IMG/VR virus record: IMGVR_UViG_3300012346_000329
Span: 10,008 to 74,007 of that record
Strand: one strand, 5' to 3'
DNA length: 64,000 nucleotides
Source of the DNA: a virus
Shown here one piece after another: positions 1-10,021 of this stretch. The translations under genes and the position numbers were made by a program. How positions within the stretch are numbered: the first letter of the stretch is position 1; every line of letters begins with the position of its first letter. Under the pieces are notes generated by a model. The model saw only the letters and a list, made by a program, of their open reading frames with translations, ran no database searches and was not told the origin of the DNA.

Positions 1-1881
1 TTCACTGTATTTGACCTTGAAGCAGATGGCTTATTAGATAGCTTGACTAAACTACATTGTCTTGTAGCACATACTTATGAAAACAATCAATTAATAAAAG
101 AAACTATTATTACAAATCCTTGGGAATTGGCTAATTTTCTTAGTACACAAGAGATTCTAGTAGGTCATAATATTAAAAGATATGATTTTCCTGCTGTTAA
201 AAAAGTGACTGGATATGAACATAAAGGTAGAACAATAGATACTTTAGCTTTATCTTGGTATTTGTATCCAGAAAGAAAAGAGCATGGATTAGAGTCTTGG
301 GGAGTAGAAATAGGAGTAGCTAAACCTTTTATTTCAGATTGGGAAAACCTTAGTACTGAAGACTATGTTAACAGATGTAAAACAGATGTTATTATTAATA
401 CTATTCTCTTTGGAAACTTTATTTCTTATTTTGAAGAATTGTATTCAGAATCTTCTTATGAAGGTATTATAGCATATCTAACTTGGAAGTTAGATTGTGC
501 TGCAGAACAAGAAGCTAATCCTTTAACTATAAATAGAGAACATTGTATAAATACTCTAGGTATTTTAAATACTCTTGTAGAAGAAAGAAAAGCTAATCTT
601 GCCGCAGTTATGCCTAAAATTGAAAAATATGCAGTAAAAAAGAAACCGGCTAAGATGTTTACTGTTAAAGGAGAATTGACTAAAGCAGGAATAGCTTGGT
701 TAGAATTACTTGCAGACAATGATTTAGAAGCAGATTTTGATGGAGAATTAAGCTTACTTAAATCTACAGAAAAACCTAATCCTACCTCAACAGCCCAATT
801 AAAAGCTTGGCTTTTTCAATTAGGTTGGCAACCTACAGTGTTTAATTACACACCTAATAAACAAGGAGAAGTAAGACCTATTCCTCAAATCCAAACTAAA
901 GAACAAAAATTATGTCCCAACATTTTAGTCTTAGCTGAAACTCATCCTGTTCTAAATGAACTTAAAGGTTTGTTTATGCTTCAACATAGAATTGGAATAT
1001 TAAAAGGTTTCTTAGAATGTTCTGATGAATCAGGTAAAATGCAAGCTCAAATAGCAGGATTTACAAATACTTTAAGATTTAAACATAAAAAGCCAGTTAC
1101 TAACTTACCTTCTGTAGAGAAACCTTATGGTAAAGAAATTAGAGGAGCTATTATCTCCCCTAGTGATAACCATTTATTTTGTGGTAGTGATATGAGTTCA
1201 TTGGAAGACACTACTAAACAACACTACATGTATTTTTATGATCCTGATTATGTAACACAAATGAGAGTGCCAGGGTTTGACCCTCATCTTGATATTGCTG
1301 TGTTATCAGGTATGCTTACACCTGAACAGGTTAATGAGCATAAGCTTTATGAAGCCACAAAAGGAGAACAAGGGACATCTTACAAGAAGGTAAGAAGTAA
1401 GGCTAAAGTGGTAAACTTTTCAGGTATTTATGGTGCAGGTCCACCTAAGATTGCTTTAACTACAGGTATGTCTTTAGATGAGGCTACTTTGCTACATAAG
1501 ATTTATTGGCAAAGAAATAAGTCTGTAAAACAAATAGCTAAAGATTGTTTAGTAAAGACTGTTAGAAAGCAAATGTGGTTGTATAATCCTGTAAGTAGCT
1601 TTTGGTATTCTTTGAGGACAGATAAAGATAGATTTAGTACTTTGAATCAAGGTACTGGAGTTTATTGTTTTGATACTCATATTAGAAATGTAAGGAAACA
1701 AGGAATTGTTATTAACCTTCAATATCATGATGAGATTGGGTTCTCTTTACTTAAACAAGACAAAGAAGTAACTTCAGCTAAGTTACACAAAGCCATAGAG
1801 TTAACTAATCAACAATTATGTTTAAATGTTCCTTTAGGAATAAGTATTGACTATGGAGACAACTATGCAGAGTGCCATTAA
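1..1881 (+). CDS. polA: Family A DNA polymerase with 3'-5' exonuclease (5'-partial; frame is open from base 1)
   Basis: The frame upstream of the listed start reads FTVFDLEADGLLDS (ExoI DxE). Also present: ExoII HNIKRYD, motif A GSDMSSLE, motif B RSKAKVVNFSGIYG (Phe at the Pol I 762-equivalent position) and motif C YHDE. Confidence 0.95.
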   Translation, partial: FTVFDLEADGLLDSLTKLHCLVAHTYENNQLIKETIITNPWELANFLSTQEILVGHNIKRYDFPAVKKVTGYEHKGRTIDTLALSWYLYPERKEHGLESWGVEIGVAKPFISDWENLSTEDYVNRCKTDVIINTILFGNFISYFEELYSESSYEGIIAYLTWKLDCAAEQEANPLTINREHCINTLGILNTLVEERKANLAAVMPKIEKYAVKKKPAKMFTVKGELTKAGIAWLELLADNDLEADFDGELSLLKSTEKPNPTSTAQLKAWLFQLGWQPTVFNYTPNKQGEVRPIPQIQTKEQKLCPNILVLAETHPVLNELKGLFMLQHRIGILKGFLECSDESGKMQAQIAGFTNTLRFKHKKPVTNLPSVEKPYGKEIRGAIISPSDNHLFCGSDMSSLEDTTKQHYMYFYDPDYVTQMRVPGFDPHLDIAVLSGMLTPEQVNEHKLYEATKGEQGTSYKKVRSKAKVVNFSGIYGAGPPKIALTTGMSLDEATLLHKIYWQRNKSVKQIAKDCLVKTVRKQMWLYNPVSSFWYSLRTDKDRFSTLNQGTGVYCFDTHIRNVRKQGIVINLQYHDEIGFSLLKQDKEVTSAKLHKAIELTNQQLCLNVPLGISIDYGDNYAECH

Positions 1882-2119
1882 TTACACAAATTTTTTTCAA
1901 TTCTTTTTACATATTCCTGTAGCAGTATTTGAAGATATAAGTGATGAAGAAATAATAGGAGATTGTTATGAAATGGCAGCTTATCCTATTGTTATTATAA
2001 GAAATCCTAAACATCCTTTATTTATTCAAATGATAACAGAATTTAAAAAGAAAGGAATAAAACAAGAACTTAAATGTATAGTCTTAGCAATAGGCTATAA
2101 TAATTCGTATTTATCATGA
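1865..2119 (+). CDS. Hypothetical protein
   Basis: Short ORF overlapping polA and the helicase (ATGA overlap at 2116). ATG at 1865 is preferred over the track start. Confidence 0.55.
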   Translation: MQSAINYTNFFQFFLHIPVAVFEDISDEEIIGDCYEMAAYPIVIIRNPKHPLFIQMITEFKKKGIKQELKCIVLAIGYNNSYLS

Positions 2120-3480
2120 GAAAGTATTTTAGAGAGTTAGAGGAACTCTTTCAAAACCCAAAATCAATTCTAACCTATATTGACAAAATAGAGGCTTTAA
2201 GAGACAAAATTACAGAACCTTTAGCAGTAGAGGTTTTTGTAAATAAAGTCAGAGAGAAGGTCCAGAATGAAGCCATACAAGCTGTTATAAACAACAATGG
2301 TGGAATGGTAGCTATGGCTACAGGTTCAGGTAAGTCTAGAGTAGCTGTTGAAATAGCTAAATTTTACTCTCAAGAAAAGAATATTTTTCCTGCTGTTATA
2401 GTACCTACTGAAAAGTTAAGGGATGAAAACTGGAAAGAAGAATTTGAGAAATGGGAAGCTGATTATATGTGGAGAGATGTAGAAAGTCTTTGTTATGCTT
2501 CAGCTTCTAAAATTAGAGGTAGAGAATTTGATATTGCCATTCTTGATGAAGGTCACAATATCACAGAGTTATCCTCAGAGTTTTTCTTGAATAATTATGT
2601 AGAAAGAACTGTATTACTTACTGCAACTCCTCCTGATGATAAAGTGAAAAGACAAATCTTATCTGACTTAGATATTAAACTTGTTTATGAGCTTACTTTA
2701 GATCAAGCTGTAAGATTAGGCTTTGTGGCACCTTATAAGATTACTGTTATTACAGTGCCTCTTGATGCTACAACTAAGAACATTCCAGGTGGTACTAAAG
2801 CTAAACCTTTTATGACTACAGAAGCAGCATGCTATGCTTATTGGAATAAAAGAGTTCAAGGAGCTATGTTTGACCAAACTCCACAAGGTAAAGCTAAACT
2901 TAAGTTTGCTATCTTGGGTAGAATGCAGTTTATCTACAAGATTCCTTCTAAAACACAAGTAATCAAGTATCTACTTGACAAAGTAATTCCTGCAGATGAT
3001 AGAACTATTATCTTTTGTGGTAACATAGAACAAGCTGAAGAAGTTTGTCCTACTTATTATCACTCTAAGTCTGGTAATCAGTTCTATGATGATTTCAAAG
3101 CAGAAAAGATTAATAGACTATCTTGTGTTAAAGCTGTCAATGAAGGGCATAACTTCCCTGGAGTTGACTCAGGCATTATAGGTCAATTAAATTCTAAAGA
3201 GAAAGACTTGGTTCAAAGAATTGGTAGATTAATTAGGTTTAGACCTGGGCATGAAGCACACCTTTATATAGTAATCTCTGAGTCTACTCAAGATGAAAAA
3301 TGGTTAGAAAATGCTACTGAAAATCTTAATCAATCTAAGATTGAATATGTAAGATTTCCTAATTTTAAACAAAGAATAGACACTTTTAAAGACATGCCAA
3401 AAGCTGATGAAAACTTAGATATGTTTAAAAAAGCTGGAGTAGAAAGTATTCAAATAGGTAAAACTAATTATAAAATCTGA
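2116..3480 (+). CDS. Superfamily 2 (DExH) helicase
   Basis: Walker A MATGSGKS, Walker B LDEGH, motif III TATP, motif VI QRIGRLIR. Confidence 0.9.
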   Translation: MRKYFRELEELFQNPKSILTYIDKIEALRDKITEPLAVEVFVNKVREKVQNEAIQAVINNNGGMVAMATGSGKSRVAVEIAKFYSQEKNIFPAVIVPTEKLRDENWKEEFEKWEADYMWRDVESLCYASASKIRGREFDIAILDEGHNITELSSEFFLNNYVERTVLLTATPPDDKVKRQILSDLDIKLVYELTLDQAVRLGFVAPYKITVITVPLDATTKNIPGGTKAKPFMTTEAACYAYWNKRVQGAMFDQTPQGKAKLKFAILGRMQFIYKIPSKTQVIKYLLDKVIPADDRTIIFCGNIEQAEEVCPTYYHSKSGNQFYDDFKAEKINRLSCVKAVNEGHNFPGVDSGIIGQLNSKEKDLVQRIGRLIRFRPGHEAHLYIVISESTQDEKWLENATENLNQSKIEYVRFPNFKQRIDTFKDMPKADENLDMFKKAGVESIQIGKTNYKI

Positions 3481-3484
3481 TTTC

Positions 3485-3715
3485 ATGAGTCTAATTGCTT
3501 ATTACAGACACTTAGGAAAGGGTAAGTTTAAGCAGATAACAGCAGAAGATGTTAAAAAGCTTAAAGAGATAAATTTAACTAGTGCAGTATTAACTATTGA
3601 TAAGATTATGTTTATCAATAACTTTAATACTGCATTTAGTGTGACAGAATGTAAACAAATATTAGAATTTGTAGAATCCTTAAAACAAAAAGATGACAGT
3701 AAATCCACAAATTAA
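3485..3715 (+). CDS. Hypothetical protein
   Basis: 76-aa ORF in operon orientation that fills the gap. Confidence 0.55.
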   Translation: MSLIAYYRHLGKGKFKQITAEDVKKLKEINLTSAVLTIDKIMFINNFNTAFSVTECKQILEFVESLKQKDDSKSTN

Positions 3716-4244
3716 ATCAGTTCTACAGCAATTTAATATTCCTGTAGAAGATGGCTTAGCTTATCTTTTGTCTATTTATTTTGATTGTAGACCCTCTTAT
3801 ACACCCACACTCTTAGTACAAAGAATGAATGTAACTAATATTCTTGGCATTGATGCTAATAGGCAAGTTATATGGCATATCCCTTTATTTGAAAAGGGAG
3901 ATTCTGAAGACAAATGGCAATGGGTATTTGAGTGGAATGCAAATTTCAAAGCAATAAATAAACTAAGAAAAGCTAGTGACAAAGATGTTCTTATTAGAAT
4001 GAAAGCTTTCTTTGCTGATAACCCTGATGTAAGAAAAGAAGAAGTAATTGGAGCTACTAAACTCTATTTTAATTCTTTGACTAGTGCTGAGTATCTTATT
4101 ACTTCTCACTATTTTATATCTAAAGGAGTAGGCAGAGACAGAACTTCTGCTTTATATGAATGGGTTGAAAAGTATAGAGATGCAATGACTGAAACAAAAT
4201 CAGACAGTGCTTTTCCTACTGATTTAGCCACAACAATGCAATAA
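3693..4244 (+). CDS. Hypothetical replication-associated protein (possible helicase loader/initiator)
   Basis: 183 aa, coupled to dnaB by a TAATG overlap. Function is inferred only from position. Confidence 0.6.
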   Translation: MTVNPQIKSVLQQFNIPVEDGLAYLLSIYFDCRPSYTPTLLVQRMNVTNILGIDANRQVIWHIPLFEKGDSEDKWQWVFEWNANFKAINKLRKASDKDVLIRMKAFFADNPDVRKEEVIGATKLYFNSLTSAEYLITSHYFISKGVGRDRTSALYEWVEKYRDAMTETKSDSAFPTDLATTMQ

Positions 4245-5506
4245 TGAATTTTAGAGCAGCATTTGAAGCAGGTCAAAAAGGTAGTAATAAAGGTCTTCCT
4301 ATGGGGGAGGGCCTTAAAACTATATCTCAAGCAGTGAATGACATACAAAGAGGAAGAATCTTTACAATAGCAGCAAGTCCCAAAGGAGGGAAGTCAACCC
4401 TAGTGGATGTTGGATTTTGTATAGAGCCTGCAATTTATGTATTGAATTTTAATGCTAAATTAAAAGCTTCTATGGAAGCTATTGTTTCTAAGTTAGAGAC
4501 AGAAATTGACTTTACAAAAAGAACAGCTCTTAATGAAGAGTATGAAAAATTGAATGGTCAATTAATAGATTTAGAGTTTATCTACAACTCTTATGAGATT
4601 GACAGAGTAAGTAAAGAGTTTGATTTTGTTGCCCATTTCTTACACAGAGATTTTGGCATTTATCAGATATTTTTACCTGCTGGAAAGCTTTACAAAGGGA
4701 ATAATTTTGTATATTTGTCTTCTGCTTTTCTGAAGGGAGAATTACATTATGATTCTCTAAATCCTAATGATCCAAAAGAAATTATTACAGTCCCTACAGA
4801 CATTACTGATAAAGTAAAAATTGTCTATAAGACTAGAATAGTGCCTTTATTTGGAGAATTTAATGAGAAAGGAGAGAAGCTTTCTAAGGGTCTTATCAGA
4901 TTTCTTGATAACAAAGACAATCCTACAGGAGTAAGAAATTATCTTATAGCTTATGCTAAAGAAAATGGAGAGTTTCTTTATAAAGAAACAACTAAAGATG
5001 GTCAAACTTTTAAAAGGATGATAGGCTATAGACCTAATAATCCTGCTAAATACACCATAGTTATTACAGACCATTTAAGAAAATTGATTCCTGAAAGAGG
5101 TTTTTCAATGAAAGAAACTGTAGATAAGTTTTCAGACTATTGTGTAGAACTTAGAAACACTTGTCAATTTACTTTTGTTCATATTATCCACCTTAATAGA
5201 GCAGTAAGTGATATTGGAAGAAGAAAACTGGATGATGATAATATTTATCCTTCTTCTGATGACATTAAAGACACAGGTAACCTTAGTGAAGATAGTAACT
5301 ATATTTTTACCATGTTTAATCCTAATGATGATAAGTTTAACTTAAACAAGCATTTTGGAAAAGTCATTAGAAGACCAGATAGATCATTATTATATCCTTA
5401 CATGAAAACTGTACATTTAGTAGAGTCTAGACATTGCTTTTGTCCTCAGCATTTTAGAGTCAATATGTATGGTGATGTGAAGAAATTTGAACCCTTAACA
5501 ATCTAA
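4244..5506 (+). CDS. dnaB: DnaB-like replicative helicase (SF4)
   Basis: Walker A AASPKGGKST, Walker B IVITDHL, H3 HIIHLNR, H4 DIKDTGNLSEDSNYIF. Confidence 0.85.
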   Translation: MNFRAAFEAGQKGSNKGLPMGEGLKTISQAVNDIQRGRIFTIAASPKGGKSTLVDVGFCIEPAIYVLNFNAKLKASMEAIVSKLETEIDFTKRTALNEEYEKLNGQLIDLEFIYNSYEIDRVSKEFDFVAHFLHRDFGIYQIFLPAGKLYKGNNFVYLSSAFLKGELHYDSLNPNDPKEIITVPTDITDKVKIVYKTRIVPLFGEFNEKGEKLSKGLIRFLDNKDNPTGVRNYLIAYAKENGEFLYKETTKDGQTFKRMIGYRPNNPAKYTIVITDHLRKLIPERGFSMKETVDKFSDYCVELRNTCQFTFVHIIHLNRAVSDIGRRKLDDDNIYPSSDDIKDTGNLSEDSNYIFTMFNPNDDKFNLNKHFGKVIRRPDRSLLYPYMKTVHLVESRHCFCPQHFRVNMYGDVKKFEPLTI

Positions 5507-5509
5507 AAA

Positions 5510-5863
5510 ATGGCAAAATTAAATAAAATGGAGCTTCAAGCTGTAGCCGGATCTATACTGAAAGAAGTAAAGGCAGTAAAACTTCCTCAACTTATTCAAG
5601 AATGGGAGCAGAAAAAACTTGAAGTAGAGTCCACAGAAGTTTACAAAGACCTTCAAGCTTGGTTAAAGAAACATTCTTTAGAAGAAGAACCAGTAATCAA
5701 TACTTTTCAGTTAAATAGGCTTTTAGGTCTTAATCCAAAACCTACTTCAGTAAATTTACCTTCAGTTCAAAGTATTGTTGATAAATTAATAATAGGTCAG
5801 ATTACAGATTCTAATATTACCTCTTTAGCAGAAAGTATTGCCCAAGAATTATTAAATGCTTAA
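5510..5863 (+). CDS. Hypothetical protein
   Basis: 117-aa ORF with an A-rich leader, in operon orientation. Confidence 0.6.
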   Translation: MAKLNKMELQAVAGSILKEVKAVKLPQLIQEWEQKKLEVESTEVYKDLQAWLKKHSLEEEPVINTFQLNRLLGLNPKPTSVNLPSVQSIVDKLIIGQITDSNITSLAESIAQELLNA

Positions 5864-5877
5864 TTAAAAATTAAATT

Positions 5878-6216
5878 ATGGCTAAAATTTTGGTGTTAGC
5901 ACCGTCAGGTTTCGGTAAGTCCACCAGTATAGGACAGATTCCAGAATTAGGAATTAAAGGATTAACTCCTGAAGAGACTTTTCTTATTTCAGTAACTTCT
6001 AAACCTCTTCCATTTAAAGGGAGTGGTGCAGCATATCCAATATGCCAACCTGGAGATTTAAAATCAGGTAGAAGAATCATTACTGATGATGCAAAAGCTA
6101 TAGCAGAAATCTTCTTAGCTTTAGTTGCAAGTCCTTACAAGAATATTGTATGGGATGACAGTAACTATGTTATGCAGAATTGGTATATGGCTAATGCTTT
6201 AGCTAAAGGTTGGGAT
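5878..6216 (+). CDS. AAA_24/Sak4-like P-loop ATPase, exon 1
   Basis: Walker A APSGFGKST and Walker B IVWDD. Homology ends at KGWD, where the intron begins. Confidence 0.85.
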
Positions 6217-6304
6217 AGAATGGTGTCCTCTTTCTAAGAAATTAGAAAGTAATTAAATTGGGCAAAAACGGTGAAAAGATTATAGATTTTTCATAAAAAA
6301 TGTT

Positions 6305-6312
6305 TATATTTG
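6305..6312 (+). promoter_or_regulatory. Bacteroidota sigma-A -7 element (TAnnTTTG) for the intron endonuclease
   Basis: TATATTTG ends 17 nt upstream of the ATG at 6329. Confidence 0.6.
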
Positions 6313-6328
6313 TACAAAATAAAATTGT

Positions 6329-7030
6329 ATGAAAATAAATAATTATAATAAAGACTTCTTTAAAGAAATTGACACAGAACTCAAGGCTTACATTTTAGGT
6401 TATATTGTAGCAGATGGTTGTATAACTATTGAACACAGACCTTTAAAACCTAATAATCCTATAAAAAGAGTTCAGTTTCAACCTTCTATAGATGATTTAC
6501 AAGTAATTACTTTGATCAGAGATGTTATTGCACCTACAAATAAGTTGACTATTGTCACTAATAAAAGAGAAGGTAACAGAAAAGATACAGTAAAACTTAG
6601 ACTTGCGTGTACTGAAATAGTTAAAGACTTAATGACCCTTTACAATGTAAAACCTAGAAAAACTTATGATACAACTTTTAGATTTCCTAATATTAGAGAA
6701 GATTTAAAAAGACATTTTATAAGAGGTTTTATAGATGGAGATGGTAGTATAGGTACAAGACATTTTTCTATGATTTGCAACTCAAAATTATTTGCAGAAG
6801 ATATTTTAAAAGAATTTTTAAAAGCTATACCTAATTTGAAATACTATATTTATGATGAAAATAGAAGTCAAACTACTTATTATTCTTTACACTTTAGTGT
6901 AAATAAAAAATCAAGAGTTGATTTATTTAATTTTATCTACAAAAACTGTAATTTCAGGTTAAATAGAAAGTATGAAAAAGCTCTCAATGCCGTGTTAAAC
7001 AGTAACAGTAAAGAGTTATTGTCAATGTAA
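6329..7030 (+). CDS. Double-motif LAGLIDADG homing endonuclease (intron-encoded)
   Basis: Motifs AYILGYIVADGCI and HFIRGFIDGDGSI. The ORF 3' end runs into the intron core. Confidence 0.92.
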   Translation: MKINNYNKDFFKEIDTELKAYILGYIVADGCITIEHRPLKPNNPIKRVQFQPSIDDLQVITLIRDVIAPTNKLTIVTNKREGNRKDTVKLRLACTEIVKDLMTLYNVKPRKTYDTTFRFPNIREDLKRHFIRGFIDGDGSIGTRHFSMICNSKLFAEDILKEFLKAIPNLKYYIYDENRSQTTYYSLHFSVNKKSRVDLFNFIYKNCNFRLNRKYEKALNAVLNSNSKELLSM

Positions 7031-7189
7031 CGCATAGGAACTGAAACTCTTAATAAGAGAATATAATGTTCCCAAGAGTGTCCAATACCTGACCAAATAA
7101 AGTTGAAGGTAAAAATGTATGCTGACCTTACAGGAGATATAAGTACTGTAAGAACTAGAGGATAAAAAGCCTTTAGGATAACAAGGGTG

Positions 7190-7561
7190 GCCCCTAAGCA
7201 AATTGGTTTTATGATGGGTAGAATCTTTGATGCTATTGAGAAGTTAGATGCTGCAGGTAAAAATGTAATCATCTTAGCTCATGGTGACAGTGTTCCTGGA
7301 CCTGATGGTAGAATCTATATGAAGTACAAATCTACAGGTAAGATGGTAGATGAGTATTTGACTGTAGAGGGTAAAGTAGACGTAACTCTTATTGGTATTA
7401 GTAGATATGATGCTACTGATAAAAAAGCAGTAAAAGAGTTCTTAACCAATGAAAATGAGCAATATTCTTCAGCTAAATCTCCTATTGGAATGTTTGATAA
7501 ACAATTCATTCCTAATGATTTAGGACATGTAGTAGAGAAAATTGCTGAGTATTATGGCTAG
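7190..7561 (+). CDS. AAA_24/Sak4-like ATPase, exon 2
   Basis: IILAH and KSTGKMVDEYLTVEGKVD resemble the C-terminal half of AAA_24. The spliced product is 236 aa. Confidence 0.85.
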   Translation, partial: APKQIGFMMGRIFDAIEKLDAAGKNVIILAHGDSVPGPDGRIYMKYKSTGKMVDEYLTVEGKVDVTLIGISRYDATDKKAVKEFLTNENEQYSSAKSPIGMFDKQFIPNDLGHVVEKIAEYYG

Positions 7562-7748
7562 TTTTCCTTGGATTGCAACCCTATTAATAGGCTTTGTTGT
7601 TGGAGCTGTAATAGGAGTAGGTTTAGTAGCTTTAGTTTTTGATAAAAAACCTACTGAAAATCTTTGTCCAAGATGTGAAAATAAAACTGAAGAAGAAAGA
7701 CAGTTGAAACAAGATTGGGCAGAACAACAAAAAGGATATATAAATTAA
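7554..7748 (+). CDS. Small membrane protein with CxxC
   Basis: Hydrophobic N-terminus followed by CPRC. Confidence 0.55.
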   Translation: MASFPWIATLLIGFVVGAVIGVGLVALVFDKKPTENLCPRCENKTEEERQLKQDWAEQQKGYIN

Positions 7749-7766
7749 TTTAAAACAGATATTATT

Positions 7767-8156
7767 ATGTCACAAAATGCAGAGCAACAAGCTCCATTGA
7801 GAATCACTGTTAGTGAAGTAAAAGGTCTTTTAGACTTAGGTAAAAGCAGAAAAGAAATTGCTGACCATTATGGTAAAAGTATGGCAGAAATGCAAAGAAC
7901 TGTTTGGAGTCATCCAAAATTGAAAAATCTTAAAGCTAAGAAACAATACACAGGTATTGAGCTTGAAGATGATACAGAAGATGCTCCTGTAGCTGAAGTG
8001 AGTGACCAAATTACTGATGCAGTAACTCAAGAAGTTGCTCATGTTCCTGGACCAGAGGCTAACCATGCTTTTGAGAACCAAGAAGAAATGGGAACTCAAG
8101 CTGTAGAAGAAAATGCTCCTGTAGCTACTGAGACAGTAGAAGAAACTTGGAGATAA
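7767..8156 (+). CDS. Hypothetical protein with HTH-like N-terminus and acidic tail
   Basis: LLDLGKSRKEIADHYG resembles a helix-turn-helix. The C-terminal half is rich in E/D/A/P. Confidence 0.6.
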   Translation: MSQNAEQQAPLRITVSEVKGLLDLGKSRKEIADHYGKSMAEMQRTVWSHPKLKNLKAKKQYTGIELEDDTEDAPVAEVSDQITDAVTQEVAHVPGPEANHAFENQEEMGTQAVEENAPVATETVEETWR

Positions 8157-8186
8157 GAATTGTTTAATTAATAAAAATAGGCTAAT

Positions 8187-8960
8187 ATGTCACAATTACA
8201 AGGATACGGATTTGTATCAGATTCAGATGAATCATTGAAAACTAAAACAGGTGCTAAATTTGGTGGTAACTTTGGTGTTGCTTTCTTAACTAAATTTGCT
8301 TACAGTGCAAATGTAGCTAAAGCAGGCCAAGAAGCTAGAGAAGCTATTGAGGTAGAAGTAACTGTAGGAGAAAGAGGTTACAAAGAATGGATTAACCCTG
8401 TAGATCAAGTAAAGGATAAGAATAATGTAGTAATTACAGACAAAAACTCTCCTGAGTACATTGCTGGGTTTAATGCTCTTATTGTTCAACAAAATGCTAC
8501 AGTAACTCATTACTTAAAAGCAGTAGGTGTAACTGAAGAGGCTATGAGAGCAGCATTTACAACAGCTCCAGTAAGTTTTGCAGATTATGCACAAAGAATT
8601 TGTTCACTTTTACCTATTGGTTATGATAAAAAACCACTAGATTTGTTCCTTGAATATCAATGGAATTTTGGTAAGAAACAAGATGGGTCTTTAAATGATA
8701 AGACTTATCCAACTTTACCAAAAAACATGAAAGGTGGTTACTTTATTGTTCCTGCTCAACCTGGAGTTTGGGTAGAAGCTAAAAGTGAAGATGGAAGATT
8801 AAGTTACAACAATTCTAATGGACAAAAACATCCATTTGAAAGAGATGCTAACTTTATGTCTTCTCACAAAGGTACTCAACAAGTAATGGGAGCTTCAGTA
8901 GCTGCAGCTTCTCCAATGGGAGCTATGACAGCAGCAGCTCCTGGTAATGGTTGGTCATAA
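8187..8960 (+). CDS. Putative single-stranded DNA-binding/recombination accessory protein
   Basis: Lies between the AAA ATPase and the primase. Beta-rich aromatic core, with a flexible tail ending in an aromatic residue. The function is an inference. Confidence 0.45.
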   Translation: MSQLQGYGFVSDSDESLKTKTGAKFGGNFGVAFLTKFAYSANVAKAGQEAREAIEVEVTVGERGYKEWINPVDQVKDKNNVVITDKNSPEYIAGFNALIVQQNATVTHYLKAVGVTEEAMRAAFTTAPVSFADYAQRICSLLPIGYDKKPLDLFLEYQWNFGKKQDGSLNDKTYPTLPKNMKGGYFIVPAQPGVWVEAKSEDGRLSYNNSNGQKHPFERDANFMSSHKGTQQVMGASVAAASPMGAMTAAAPGNGWS

Positions 8961-8992
8961 TTTAACATAACTTAAAAAATCCTCTTCTAAAT

Positions 8993-10021
8993 ATGAGCTT
9001 ATTTCAATACAATTCAGATAAACTTGATAGAAGAGGATATATAAGTAAGGAAAGCATTTTGTCTTTAGTTACTCAAGAAGATGTATTTGAGTTAGTGTTC
9101 AAATTTAAACCTGAAGAATTTGAGTATGTAGTATCTCCTTTAAGAAATGATGATGTACCAGGATGTTGGTTTTCTTATCATGATAATGGTACTCTCTATT
9201 TTGTAGACTTTGGTAATTCTAGGACTCATAGTGATTGTTTTAATATAGTCCAGGACTATTACAAATTTCCAAACTTCTATTTGACTTTAGAATTTATTCA
9301 TAACTCTTTAATTAGAGGTAAGACTGAATTAAAGGAAATAGAACCTAAAAAAATAATCCAAAAAGTATCCAAAGAAGGAGTCAAACTCTTAATAGAAGCA
9401 AGACCATTTAATGAGCAAGATGGCTATTTTTGGTCTAAGTATGGTATTAGTAAAGCCAATCTAAAAGAAGACAGAGTTTTTCCTATTCATAGATTATATG
9501 CTTTGAATACTAAAACAGGAAGTCATGCTATTGAATGCAAAGATTTAGCATACAGTTACACTGATTTTCCTGAAGCTAGAAAGAAAATCTATTTTCCTTT
9601 AAGACAAGGAAAGAATAGGTTCATTACTAATTGTAATAAAGATGATGTAGGTGGCATCAACTCTCTGTCTCAATATAGTAAGCAACTTATTATTTCTAAA
9701 AGCTACAAGGATTATAGAGTACTTAAAAATAATGGAAAAAATGTAGTTTGGTTTCAAAATGAAGGTATGATACCCAATAATGAAATTATAAACAAATTGG
9801 TTAAACTTTATTCAGAAATTATTGTATGGTTTGACAATGATCAGCCTGGAATTATAGCTTCAGAAAAAGTCAAACAACATATAAATTCCATTATCCCAAG
9901 TAGAGCTAAAAATCTATGGCTACCTGAGAGAGGGTTAGAAATAGGAGTTAAAGACCCTTCAGATTGTATAGCTAAAGACCCTATTTATTTTCAACAATTC
10001 TTAAAAGACTTTACAAAATGA
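8993..10021 (+). CDS. dnaG: DNA primase (TOPRIM, crAss-like type)
   Basis: N-terminal SPLRNDDVPG (degenerate zinc-binding-domain signature), TOPRIM IISKSYKD, WFDND and KDPSD. Confidence 0.85.
   Translation: MSLFQYNSDKLDRRGYISKESILSLVTQEDVFELVFKFKPEEFEYVVSPLRNDDVPGCWFSYHDNGTLYFVDFGNSRTHSDCFNIVQDYYKFPNFYLTLEFIHNSLIRGKTELKEIEPKKIIQKVSKEGVKLLIEARPFNEQDGYFWSKYGISKANLKEDRVFPIHRLYALNTKTGSHAIECKDLAYSYTDFPEARKKIYFPLRQGKNRFITNCNKDDVGGINSLSQYSKQLIISKSYKDYRVLKNNGKNVVWFQNEGMIPNNEIINKLVKLYSEIIVWFDNDQPGIIASEKVKQHINSIIPSRAKNLWLPERGLEIGVKDPSDCIAKDPIYFQQFLKDFTK

Larger units (their letters stand above)
6217..7189 (+). mobile_element. Group I intron with LAGLIDADG homing endonuclease
   Basis: The 5' exon ends in U6216, paired with G6225 in P1 (GGGAU/GUCCU). 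P3 TTGGGCA 6258-64 pairs with TGTCCAA 7079-85. P4 ACGGT 6268-72 pairs with GCCGT 6989-93. P7 GCATA 7032-36 pairs with TATGC 7118-22, with a bulged C. Hairpins lie at 7127-52 and 7155-76, and the terminal G is 7189. Splicing restores the frame (KGWD-APKQIG). Confidence 0.9.

Noticed and set aside
4440-4900. Intein in the DnaB insertion region (and in the giant ORFs)
   Set aside because: No N-terminal Cys/Ser block or C-terminal His-Asn-(Cys/Ser/Thr) signature. The insert looks like a coiled coil.
7981-8126. Repeated ATGCTCCTGTAGCT within ORF 7767-8156
   Set aside because: It simply encodes a duplicated APVA peptide in a low-complexity tail, with no evidence of a regulatory array.
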